Positions 44,049 to 52,838 of a stretch of DNA of 64,000 nucleotides are shown here, piece after piece (positions within the stretch are counted from its first letter, which is position 1; every line of letters starts with the position of its first letter). A program made the translations under genes and the position numbers. This DNA comes from Armatimonadota bacterium. Lineage in GTDB: Bacteria > Armatimonadota > UBA5829. The notes beneath the pieces are model-generated. The model made no database searches, was not told the DNA's origin, and worked only from the letters and a program-made list of their open reading frames with translations. Location of the stretch: the NCBI GenBank assembly GCA_050948905.1, contig JBMNES010000001.1:1105155-1169154 (forward strand), read 5' to 3'.

Positions 44049-45278
44049 ATGATTAGTACCCACGACAAACGAATTATCCGATCCCTCGCTGCTCAGGTCG
44101 CAGAAATCGCGGCGATGACTGTGCAGGAAGAGAAGCGGGCGATGTGGCGTGCCTTGAATGGTCTTAAACCCGACAGGCCTATGGTGATGATTGACCAGGT
44201 CTGCTGGAACGAGATGAACGTCGACGACGAACTTACCCTGCTCTGCGAGGACCCCGAATGCCGTGGGTACGAGGACTACCTTCGCAAAACGCTGTACCAG
44301 TGGCGGCATTTCCCAGTGGATATGGTCGTGGAACCGTTTGTGCGGGTTCCAAAAGCGATTCATAACACCGGGCTTGGGCTAGGCGCTGTAGAGGATATCG
44401 CCTGCACAGACCCGACGAGCGCGGTGGTGGGCCATAGCTATAAAAACCAGTTCGTTACCGATTCGGATTTGGACAAGATCAAGATGGCGCAGGTGACCTG
44501 CGACGAGGCAGAGACCGAACGCAGGCTTGGCGTCGCGCACGACCTATTCGACGGCGAGCTGGATATTTTTGAGCAGGGGCTGGACCCATACCTCTCTGTT
44601 TGGGACCCCATTTCGATGTTTATGAGCGTACAGGATGCACTCTACGCACTCATAGACCGGCCAGATTATATGAAAGAGCTGGCCAGGCGGATTGTGGCGA
44701 GTTATATGTCTATGCTCGACCAGGCGGAGCAGCAGGGATTGTTGTGTCACAGCCAATCGCTGATCCACTGCACCGGCGCATACACCGACGACCTTCCCGC
44801 CCCCGGTTTCGACCCGGCAAAGCCGCGCACGCAGGATATATGGATGTTCGGCCTGGCGCAGATGTTTTCGACGGTGTCGCCGGGTATGTTCGAGGAATAT
44901 GAAGTCGAGACGTCCATGCCGTTATTCGAGCGATTCGGGCTGGTTTATTACGGCTGTTGCGACCCGTTGGACTTGAAGATGGTTCAAGTGCGGAAAATAC
45001 CTAACCTGAGGAAGATTTCGATGAGTCCGTGGGTCGATGAACGGCGCGGCGCAGAGCAAATCGGCGGTGACTACGTCTACTCCCGCAAGCCCAACCCGGC
45101 GCTGCTGGTATCCTTTCACGAGGACGAGGTCCGAAAATACTTGCAGGATTCTGTTGATATATGCAAGCAATACGGCTGCCCGCTGGAGATTATTCTGAAG
45201 GACATCAGCACCGTCTGCTATGACCCGGCCCGGCTGTGGCGATTCGGTGAGATCGCTATGGAGGTGGTGGGGGCCTAG
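44049..45278 (+). CDS. Hypothetical 409-aa protein (possibly a URO-D-like/TIM-barrel enzyme; weak)
   Basis: ORF 43815..45278 trimmed to ATG 44049 (MISTHDKRIIRSLAAQVAEIA...), because the upstream part runs through the repeat elements. No firm motif. Confidence 0.55.
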   Translation: MISTHDKRIIRSLAAQVAEIAAMTVQEEKRAMWRALNGLKPDRPMVMIDQVCWNEMNVDDELTLLCEDPECRGYEDYLRKTLYQWRHFPVDMVVEPFVRVPKAIHNTGLGLGAVEDIACTDPTSAVVGHSYKNQFVTDSDLDKIKMAQVTCDEAETERRLGVAHDLFDGELDIFEQGLDPYLSVWDPISMFMSVQDALYALIDRPDYMKELARRIVASYMSMLDQAEQQGLLCHSQSLIHCTGAYTDDLPAPGFDPAKPRTQDIWMFGLAQMFSTVSPGMFEEYEVETSMPLFERFGLVYYGCCDPLDLKMVQVRKIPNLRKISMSPWVDERRGAEQIGGDYVYSRKPNPALLVSFHEDEVRKYLQDSVDICKQYGCPLEIILKDISTVCYDPARLWRFGEIAMEVVGA

Positions 45279-46012
45279 TCCCCTTCGTCGCCGATTAGCC
45301 CTGCCGCTTTCAGTATATTTTTATTCGCCGACCTGAACTCGTGTGATATCTGTGAGAGCAGTTCCGCGACCACTTTTCTCTTCGTCTGATTCGCCACAGG
45401 GCAGTTGTTTTCGATCACCGGAAACCCACACGCCTTTGCGAATCGAGTGATGGACGCTTCTTTTATATATGCCAGAGGCCGAATCACCGTGAACCTGCCT
45501 CCGAAGTATTTCCGCTTATGAGCCATAGTCTCCAGCCTGCCCGATGCGAACAGATTCAGCAGCGCTGTGTGTGAAAAATCCTCCAAATGGTGCCCAAGCG
45601 CGACCTTATTGCAGCCGTGCGCCTCCGCGACTTCAAACAGGCTCCTGCGCCTGTTGCGGCCGCACCTCTCGCAGTCCATCGGCAACGGCTCCCCATCCGG
45701 CAGAATCAGATCAGTAGCCGCATACGGAACCCCTTCCTTGTCCAGCCAATCGACCAGTGCATCCGGAGGCTCGATATTCGACCCGCGCGCATCCCCTTTG
45801 ATATGTGCCGCCATAAGCTCGAATTTGATCTCCCCTATCTGCTGCTGCCGCTTCAGCAGCCTTAGCAGCGATAAGCTATCTTTGCCGCCGGAGACTCCGA
45901 CCAGCACACGATCATGCGGCTGAATCATATCGTGGTCTCTCAGCGCCTCGTTCAGCTTCTTGCCTAGATAACAGGCCAGCCTCTCCGATTCTGTTCTCCA
46001 TCTTTTAGACAT
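45275..46012 (-). CDS. PP-loop ATPase, TtcA-like tRNA 2-thiolation protein
   Basis: PP-loop VGVSGGKDSLSLL, Cys motifs (CERCGRNRR; NNCP), and GHHLEDF. Confidence 0.75.
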   Translation of the reverse strand: MSKRWRTESERLACYLGKKLNEALRDHDMIQPHDRVLVGVSGGKDSLSLLRLLKRQQQIGEIKFELMAAHIKGDARGSNIEPPDALVDWLDKEGVPYAATDLILPDGEPLPMDCERCGRNRRRSLFEVAEAHGCNKVALGHHLEDFSHTALLNLFASGRLETMAHKRKYFGGRFTVIRPLAYIKEASITRFAKACGFPVIENNCPVANQTKRKVVAELLSQISHEFRSANKNILKAAGLIGDEGD

Positions 46013-46162
46013 AATCGAAATTAGGATAACACCTCAGCGAGTTCATGTCACTTGAAACTTATTACATAAATCTATCACGCATCAATACACTGTAATAGTA
46101 TAGATTTACATAATAAGCGGGCTGCCGGATAGTCTGATACTGCTGATATTGCCATTTTGTCA

Positions 46163-46192
46163 TTGACTTTCGCCGGAACCTGAACATATACT
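46163..46192 (+). promoter_or_regulatory. Sigma-70-type promoter candidate for giant gene 4
   Basis: TTGACT (46163-46168), 18-nt spacer, TATACT (46187-46192), in an AT-rich 240-bp intergenic region. Confidence 0.4.
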
Positions 46193-46254
46193 GAAGAATC
46201 TTTTAGTGTGCCTGTATTGCAATAGCTATCGATTATTTTGTGGGGGAGGAAGCA

Positions 46255-49200
46255 ATGCGTAAGCCTGTATCTTTGCTGGAGTTATGGCGCGCCGCTGCAA
46301 GGTGTAGCACTTTTTTGCTTTGTGCTGCATTTCTGTTGATGTGCGCTTCGTCTGTGTTTGCTCTGGTGGCAGAGGATGGATTGGTAATAGGAGATGAAGA
46401 TCTACCTCAAGTAGGCGGAACTCCGCTGCCAGAGAAAAAACTCACGCCCGAGGAAATCGCCGCTGCAGAGGCCGAGGCGGAAGCCTCGTCGGTGGCGGCC
46501 AACTATGTCTATCCCGTTCCGTTATATGGTCAGTGTTGGAGCCCGTGGAGATATAATCAACTCGGCACCTGCAATCTCACCATCTGCGATGCGGGATGCG
46601 CGATGTGCAGCACGGCTATGGTTTTTTCATATCACGGTGTAAGTTGCGACCCAGCGTCACTTAACACCTGGTTAAGAAACAACGGAGGCTACTCAGGGGG
46701 CTGCAACCTTATCTGGAGTGTAGCCGCCAATTACTCCAGTAAGGTAAAGTTTGTGGCAAGCTATAACTGGAACACAGTGGCTGCCAATCTTACCATAGTC
46801 AATCAGCACCTTGATGAGGGCAAGCCGCTTGTGTGCGAGGTTCGCAACAGCAGCGGCGGGATGCACTTTGTTACCATCACCGGGCGCAATGGTTCGACCT
46901 ATTACATTAACGACCCCGGCTACGGCGACAGCACGACCCTCAACGCTCGTTACGGATCCCCGGCGGCTGCTTGTTACGGCATCCGCATTTATGACAAAAC
47001 AGCTCCTCCTCCTCCGACCTGGAACGCGACTTACGTCAATCAGTCGTATCCGTCTACCATGACCGCAGGAGAAACCGCAGTTGTATGGGCGGAGTTTAAG
47101 AACACGGGCACCGGAACCTGGACACACAGCGCTACCTGCATAGGCACCTCCAGCCCGGCCAACCGCGTTAGCCCGTTCTACAACTCGGCAAACTGGATCA
47201 ACAATACCAGACCTTCCGATGTAGACCAAACCTCTGTGGCAACTAATCAGACTGGACGGTTTTCATTTATCCTTAAAGCTCCGGCCACGCCGGGTACCTA
47301 TACCGAAAAGTATAAACTGGTGCAGAGCAACTCGACCTGGTTTGGGCCGGAGATCACGTGGACAATTACTGTCAAGGCGGCTACGGGCAATATAACCGGC
47401 ACCGTTCGCAATTCATATAATAACGATCCGGTGTCGGGTGCGACTGTCGCAGTAACCGGCGGACCGACGGCTACTACCAACGCTTCCGGCGTGTATACAA
47501 TTTCGGGCCTTGCGCCCGGCGCAAAGACGCTGACCGTCAGCAGGGCAGGTTTTGAGACCCAGACCGCAAACGTCACTGTGACGGCAGGGGCGACTGCAAC
47601 TCAAAACTTCACACTTATCTCAACAGATAAGACAGCGCCGACTGTTCCGACAAACCTGACCGCTAACGCGACGTCTCCGAGCCAGATTAATTTGGCCTGG
47701 TCGGCGTCGACGGACTCCGGCGGGGCTGGTTTGGCTGGATATATAGTCTACCGGGGCAGTTCTGAGATTGGTCGTACGACTTCAACTTCGTATTCGGATA
47801 ATGGCCTGACATCGAACACCAGTTATAGCTATACTGTCAAAGCCTATGACAACGCTGGCAACATCTCAGGCGCATCGAACACGGCGACTGCCACAACCCA
47901 GATAGCGGCCGTCCCGATCTTCCAGGACGGGTTTGCTAATTTGAACTATTGGCAGGCGCTGGTCGAGGGCTCAATGCCCGCCCCTAACCCGGCAGTGCTT
48001 GTGGATGATAACCACAATCACGCTCAGTTCCCGGGTGTTAAGGCGATCAAAACCGTGGATAACGCCAATGGCTCGCAGGGCTGTTTGACTGGTCACACAT
48101 TCGACATACCGTTTGGCGCAGCCAAGTTCGAAAGCTGGTTCTTTGACGGTTCCGGCCTTGGATATATCGGTCAGTTCGAGGAAGGTATTGAGGGCTGGGC
48201 AGGTTTGCCGAACTCCTGGGCTGTCTTTGATACGATCTCAGGCGGCACCAGCGGTAAGTGCCTGCGAATTAAGGACGGCGGATGGCAGGGCGGCGCTTTT
48301 AAAGAGTTCACCAGCGGTTTTGCCGTGGGTGAGGCCTATACGCTTAAACTGAGCATGAGACTAGCCAACGAAGGCACCTGGGGCACTGCTCCATACATCT
48401 TCGTCAAGTTCCTGAACAGTTCCGGTGGCGTCATCGGCTCCGAGAACACCAAGGCTATCACACTGGACAATGCGTGGCATACATATACCCTGACCGGCGC
48501 CGTGCCTTCTGGCGCAACAAAAATACAAATCGGCCAGAATATGTATCTCAATGCCACCAAAGATTACTATTACTATATGGACGATGTCTCGTTCATCACT
48601 TCGACCGATGTCAAAGCGCGCAGCAGCAGGCAGGGCTTGCAGGTGCGATGTGTGGATAGTAATGGTTCTCCTAAGGCTATCTATTTCCTCGGCACTTACA
48701 ACGCTTCCCCTGGCTCGCTTGGCTCTTACAGCGGCGGTTACTACAAGGTCTGTGGGACTGGTTGCACAGGCTGGTATTGGCCGCTTGCAAACTGCAAGGA
48801 GCGCACACCGGGATGGCATAAGTTCACCATAGACTTCACACCATACACGGGCGCCGGCAACGAGGTTAAGTACTATATTGACGGCACGCTGGTCGGCTCT
48901 GTTGAGAGGACCCCGGATACGCAGGATATCGGCCTGAATATGGTTGCTTACGGCTTCCACTATCGGGTCAATAACCCGGGCTGGTTCGACGACTGTGCGA
49001 TGTATGCTGCTCCTCCGGTTGCGCCGGTTATGGGCGCGGCCCAGACTCTGTCTACCACTTCCATTCGATGGAAGGTAACTGACAAATCCAATAACGAGAT
49101 CGGGTTCAAGGTGGTTAACGCGGCCCAGGCTATCGTCGCCTCAGCGCCTGTTGCCAACGGCTCCGGCAGCGTGGTTAACATGGACGAGACAGGCCTTGTT

Positions 49201-50208
49201 CCGAACACGGCTTATACTCGAACGGCCAAGGCATTTAACGGTTCACTCGACAGCTCGCCGACTGCGGCAGCTACCAGGTGGACACTGTCCGTTCCGCCGA
49301 GCAAGTCTAACGTGACCAGTAACCGTGCGGAGGGCTCTACTTCCGCATCGCCTGACATTACGTTTACCGCGGTCGGCGGTTTCAAGAGCGGAACGTTGGC
49401 CAAATATCTCTACGCCTGGGACACCAGCCCGACTCATACCTGGACTGGCTCTGAGGAGGTTTGGGATTCTGGTGATCTGATTCTCGAAGCCCCTGCGACA
49501 GGTCAATATTACCTGCACGTCAAGGGCTACAACGGTGAGAACGTCGAAAACGGCGCTCTTGACCTTGGACCTTACGGCTATCAGGCTACTCCTGAAGCCA
49601 GTAAGATCAGCGACCTTTGGCCTCTTGAGGACGGTGAGGTTCGCTGGCTGCACGGCAAGATCGTCACTGCTAAGGTTGACGGTGGGTTCTATATGGAGGA
49701 ATCCGACCGGACTGCTGGCGTGCTGGTTATCTCTAACGCCAGCGTGCAACCTGGCGACATAGTGAACGTGGAAGGCACACTTGGCCTTAACGATTCCGGC
49801 TCTCAGAGGCTGTTGACCGCATCTTACGTTGAGAAGGACGGCACTGCCGCTGTTCCTGGTGCGCTGTTTATGGTCACCAGGTCGGTTGGTGGTGAATCTC
49901 CGTCCGAGTTCACCCCTGGCTCGACTCTGACAAATGGCCTGTATAACGTCGGCTTGCTGGCCAGATTGTCTGGTCAGGTTGTGAGCAGGGATATATCCGA
50001 CCCTCAGAACAAAGTCTTCTACCTCGACGACGGCGCTAAAGTCAGCGACGGTAACCAAGGCTTTGGCATTCTGGTTCGGTGTGGCAGTGTGACGCCGCCT
50101 GCAAACGGCATGGTAGCTGTGACAGGTGTAATCACTCTCGAAGCGATCGGCAAGAATTATGTTCCGGTGCTGGTCATTCGAGACGAGAGCGACCTTTCTC
50201 AGCCATAA
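46255..50208 (+). CDS. Giant secreted mosaic protein 4: papain-fold C39-like cysteine peptidase head, NBR1-type Ig, CarboxypepD_reg-like, FN3, concanavalin/LamG-like with inserted CBM4/9-like module, shared C-terminal module
   Basis: ATG 46255 follows GGGGGAGGA. Signal peptide FLLCAAFLLMCASSVFA. Peptidase: LYGQCWSPW...ICDAGCAMCSTAMVFSYHG...GMHFVTITG...YYINDPGYG. Ig: WNATYVNQSYPSTMTAGETAVVWAEFKNTGTGTW. Also GNITGTV...ASGVYTISGLAPGAKTLTV. Confidence 0.75.
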   Translation: MRKPVSLLELWRAAARCSTFLLCAAFLLMCASSVFALVAEDGLVIGDEDLPQVGGTPLPEKKLTPEEIAAAEAEAEASSVAANYVYPVPLYGQCWSPWRYNQLGTCNLTICDAGCAMCSTAMVFSYHGVSCDPASLNTWLRNNGGYSGGCNLIWSVAANYSSKVKFVASYNWNTVAANLTIVNQHLDEGKPLVCEVRNSSGGMHFVTITGRNGSTYYINDPGYGDSTTLNARYGSPAAACYGIRIYDKTAPPPPTWNATYVNQSYPSTMTAGETAVVWAEFKNTGTGTWTHSATCIGTSSPANRVSPFYNSANWINNTRPSDVDQTSVATNQTGRFSFILKAPATPGTYTEKYKLVQSNSTWFGPEITWTITVKAATGNITGTVRNSYNNDPVSGATVAVTGGPTATTNASGVYTISGLAPGAKTLTVSRAGFETQTANVTVTAGATATQNFTLISTDKTAPTVPTNLTANATSPSQINLAWSASTDSGGAGLAGYIVYRGSSEIGRTTSTSYSDNGLTSNTSYSYTVKAYDNAGNISGASNTATATTQIAAVPIFQDGFANLNYWQALVEGSMPAPNPAVLVDDNHNHAQFPGVKAIKTVDNANGSQGCLTGHTFDIPFGAAKFESWFFDGSGLGYIGQFEEGIEGWAGLPNSWAVFDTISGGTSGKCLRIKDGGWQGGAFKEFTSGFAVGEAYTLKLSMRLANEGTWGTAPYIFVKFLNSSGGVIGSENTKAITLDNAWHTYTLTGAVPSGATKIQIGQNMYLNATKDYYYYMDDVSFITSTDVKARSSRQGLQVRCVDSNGSPKAIYFLGTYNASPGSLGSYSGGYYKVCGTGCTGWYWPLANCKERTPGWHKFTIDFTPYTGAGNEVKYYIDGTLVGSVERTPDTQDIGLNMVAYGFHYRVNNPGWFDDCAMYAAPPVAPVMGAAQTLSTTSIRWKVTDKSNNEIGFKVVNAAQAIVASAPVANGSGSVVNMDETGLVPNTAYTRTAKAFNGSLDSSPTAAATRWTLSVPPSKSNVTSNRAEGSTSASPDITFTAVGGFKSGTLAKYLYAWDTSPTHTWTGSEEVWDSGDLILEAPATGQYYLHVKGYNGENVENGALDLGPYGYQATPEASKISDLWPLEDGEVRWLHGKIVTAKVDGGFYMEESDRTAGVLVISNASVQPGDIVNVEGTLGLNDSGSQRLLTASYVEKDGTAAVPGALFMVTRSVGGESPSEFTPGSTLTNGLYNVGLLARLSGQVVSRDISDPQNKVFYLDDGAKVSDGNQGFGILVRCGSVTPPANGMVAVTGVITLEAIGKNYVPVLVIRDESDLSQP
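49597..50205 (+). other. Shared C-terminal module, copy in giant protein 4
   Basis: IVTAKVDGGFYMEESDRTAGVLV...PGDIVNVEGTLGLNDSGSQRLL...YNVGLLARLSGQV...FYLDDGAK...VAVTGVI...ESDLSQP. Confidence 0.7.
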
Positions 50209-50235
50209 TTTAATAGAGACAGAAAGCAATTCCCA

Positions 50236-50277
50236 CGGCCCGGATCGGCATTAAGACTTGATCCGGGCCGGTTTTTT
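50236..50277 (+). terminator. Rho-independent terminator after giant gene 4
   Basis: CGGCCCGGATC-13 nt-GATCCGGGCCG (11-bp perfect stem), followed by GTTTTTT. Confidence 0.8.
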
Positions 50278-50329
50278 GGCATAATAGAAATAAGATCGAG
50301 CTACAAACGGCTGTTGATTTGAAAGGTAA

Positions 50330-50944
50330 ATGGAAATGGATTTCGTGTTATCTGAGCAGGAGGTTCGGGTTCTCGGCTCACTCGTCGAAAAGGAAGCGAC
50401 TACCCCGGAGTATTATCCTCTAACTCTAAACTCGCTGGTGCTGGCGTGCAATCAAAAGACGAACCGTGACCCGGTGGTTTCATACGACGAGGACGAGGTG
50501 CGAGAGGCGCTGGACAGCCTTATTGAGAAGGACCTGGTGATAGTCTGCGACCGCAAAGACAGCCGGGTGCTGAAATATGATAATTATATGGCCGATAAAC
50601 TCGGGCTGACGGCTGCGGAAAATGCAGTTATGTGCGTTTTGATGCTGCGCGGAGCGCAGACCCCTGGCGAGATAAGGCAGCGCACCGAGCGCATTCATTC
50701 ATTTGACGAGCTATCCGAAGTCGAGCAGATACTTGAGGGCCTGGCCTCAAAGGAATCTCCGATGGTCGCCCGGCTGCCACGCAGCCCCGGTCATAAGGAG
50801 AATAGATATGTTCATCTGCTCAGCGGCGCGTCAGCCGAGGTCGAAACCGCGCCCGAAAGCCTGCGAGACCGTGTCGAGCTACTCGAAGCGCAAGTAGAGG
50901 CTCTGATGCAGGAGTTCGCCGAGTTCAAAAAGCAGTTCGAGTGA
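50330..50944 (+). CDS. YceH family protein (DUF480)
   Basis: LSEQEVRVLGSLVEKEATTPEYYPLTLNSLVLACNQKTNRDPV is the characteristic DUF480 N-terminus. C-terminal coiled coil. Confidence 0.8.
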   Translation: MEMDFVLSEQEVRVLGSLVEKEATTPEYYPLTLNSLVLACNQKTNRDPVVSYDEDEVREALDSLIEKDLVIVCDRKDSRVLKYDNYMADKLGLTAAENAVMCVLMLRGAQTPGEIRQRTERIHSFDELSEVEQILEGLASKESPMVARLPRSPGHKENRYVHLLSGASAEVETAPESLRDRVELLEAQVEALMQEFAEFKKQFE

Positions 50945-50945
50945 T

Positions 50946-51815
50946 CTAGCCTTTTAACGCGCCCGCAGTCAGGCCTTCGGTGATCTGCCGCTGGAAGATC
51001 AGATACACGATCAGAGTCGGCAGCATAACCACTACCAGCCCAGCAAACAGCGCGCCCCAGTTGGCCTGATAATGCTCGACCATAAGCAGGTTCTGAATGC
51101 CCAGCGGCAAAGTGCGCAGGCTCTCTTTGGATATAATCACCAACGCCAGCGGGAACTCGTTCCAGATGCCGAAGAAGTTGAATATACCGGCTGCAATCAA
51201 GCCCGGCTTCGCCAGCGGCAGCATAATCCGCCAGAATACCGTGAAGCTGGAGCAGCCGTCTATCATCCCTGCCTCGGCAAGCTCATGCGGCAGCGTCTTA
51301 AAGAACCCGGTCAGAACAAATATCGTAAATGACAGAGAATAGGCCACATACACCGTGATCAGGCCGTAGTAGTTGTCCAGCATACCGAGGTTCGCCAGCA
51401 GCAGATAAAGCGGCACGATTCCGAGAAACACCGGAAACATCATCCCGCTCATAAAGACCGCAGACATCGCGTCTCTGCCTTTGAACGTAAACCTTGCGAG
51501 CGCGTAGGCAGCCATCGCCCCGATAAACAGGATAAAGAACATAGACAGCACGGTTACAAAGACGCTGTTGCCGAAACATTCACCGACTTTGGCCCCGTGC
51601 CACGCTTCTGAAAAATTGCTCCATTGCAAGACTTTCGGAAGCGACCACGGGTGTTCAAATATCTCGGTGGAATCTTTTAGAGACGCGAACAGCAGCCACA
51701 GCATCGGGTAGATGACGATCGCCGAGTAGATGATAAGCACTACCTGCAAAAGTCCGCTTCTGATCGGAGTTCGTTTTGAACGGGAGGCTTTTTTGTGTTT
51801 CTTATCGATCACCAT
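50946..51815 (-). CDS. Carbohydrate ABC transporter permease (MalG-like)
   Basis: 6-TM permease with an EAA-like loop (LAEAGMIDGCSSFTVFWRIMLPLAKPG). Its start overlaps the upstream permease stop by 1 nt. Confidence 0.85.
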   Translation of the reverse strand: MVIDKKHKKASRSKRTPIRSGLLQVVLIIYSAIVIYPMLWLLFASLKDSTEIFEHPWSLPKVLQWSNFSEAWHGAKVGECFGNSVFVTVLSMFFILFIGAMAAYALARFTFKGRDAMSAVFMSGMMFPVFLGIVPLYLLLANLGMLDNYYGLITVYVAYSLSFTIFVLTGFFKTLPHELAEAGMIDGCSSFTVFWRIMLPLAKPGLIAAGIFNFFGIWNEFPLALVIISKESLRTLPLGIQNLLMVEHYQANWGALFAGLVVVMLPTLIVYLIFQRQITEGLTAGALKG

Positions 51816-52738
51816 TACAGTTCCACCGCCTCTCGTCTCATCAGCCGCAGCGAGCCTAACGATATGGTAAATATAAGCACAAAGACCACCACCCCGATTG
51901 CCGTCGCATAGCCGAAGTCGCTCTCGCTGAACGCCTTTTGATATAGATAAGTCAGCAGTGTATGTGTGTGCTCGGTGGGGTTGGAGTCGGTCATCACATA
52001 GACAAGCCCGAAGATGTTTATGGTGTTAATGATCAGATATACGATAGCCAGCTTCAAAATATCCCACACCAGCGGGATTGTGATGCCGATGAACTGCTGC
52101 CAGCTTCCGGCTCCGTCGATTGAAGCAGCTTCGTAGTATGAGTTTGGAATACTCTGTATGCCCGCCAGCAGAAGCACTATATAAAACCCCAAACCATACC
52201 ATATACTGGTCACAATCATACATATAAGCGCGGTATTAGGCTCGCCGAGCCAACCGTTCTGCGGGGGTTTTATCCCCATGCCCTGCACAACCAGATTCAA
52301 TATGCCGAATTGCGGGTGATATACAAACGACCACAGCACAGCCACCGCCACGACGGAGATCATATTAGGAAATAGAAAAACCGCTCTATAAGTCCCCGAT
52401 CCCCAGACTTTTCTGCTGAGCACACTGCCGAAAAATAGCGCCAGCGGGATTACCACGACCAGTGAAATCAGCATAAACTCGAAGTTGTGCAGCAGCGCTT
52501 TCCAGAACAACGGGTCTCTCGGCACCATCTGGCCGCCGGACGACTCGAATCCCAGCAGTTTTTGGAAGTTCGCTAAGCCGACAAACTGCCGGTTCTGCGA
52601 TATCCCGCTCCACTTGAACATGGCTATATAAAACGCCTGCACCATCGGAAACAGGAAAAACACCGTGTATAACACAACGGCCGGGGTCAGAAACAGTATG
52701 AGGGTTTTAAATTTATCGCGGTTGGCTACTGAACTCAT
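51815..52738 (-). CDS. Carbohydrate ABC transporter permease (MalF-like)
   Basis: EAA-like loop YYEAASIDGAGSWQQFIGITIPLV; multi-TM. Confidence 0.85.
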   Translation of the reverse strand: MSSVANRDKFKTLILFLTPAVVLYTVFFLFPMVQAFYIAMFKWSGISQNRQFVGLANFQKLLGFESSGGQMVPRDPLFWKALLHNFEFMLISLVVVIPLALFFGSVLSRKVWGSGTYRAVFLFPNMISVVAVAVLWSFVYHPQFGILNLVVQGMGIKPPQNGWLGEPNTALICMIVTSIWYGLGFYIVLLLAGIQSIPNSYYEAASIDGAGSWQQFIGITIPLVWDILKLAIVYLIINTINIFGLVYVMTDSNPTEHTHTLLTYLYQKAFSESDFGYATAIGVVVFVLIFTISLGSLRLMRREAVEL

Positions 52739-52794
52739 CTTATGTTATATGATACACTCTCTCGACGAGGTTGTGGGAGATTTCTATGAAATAT

Positions 52795-52824
52795 ACACCG
52801 GGGCATCCTTTCGCGCCCCGGTGT
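52795..52824 (-). promoter_or_regulatory. Intercistronic GC hairpin between the SBP and permease genes
   Basis: ACACCGGGG-12 nt-CCCCGGTGT. Sits in the position typical of mRNA-stabilising hairpins after binding-protein genes. Confidence 0.4.
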
Positions 52825-52838
52825 AACGCAAAACTCGA

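Noticed and set aside
45275-45278. Convergent genes whose stop codons overlap in the palindrome CTAG
   Set aside because: The overlap is real in the sequence but is probably a trivial consequence of compact packing. No hairpin or other signal is associated with it.
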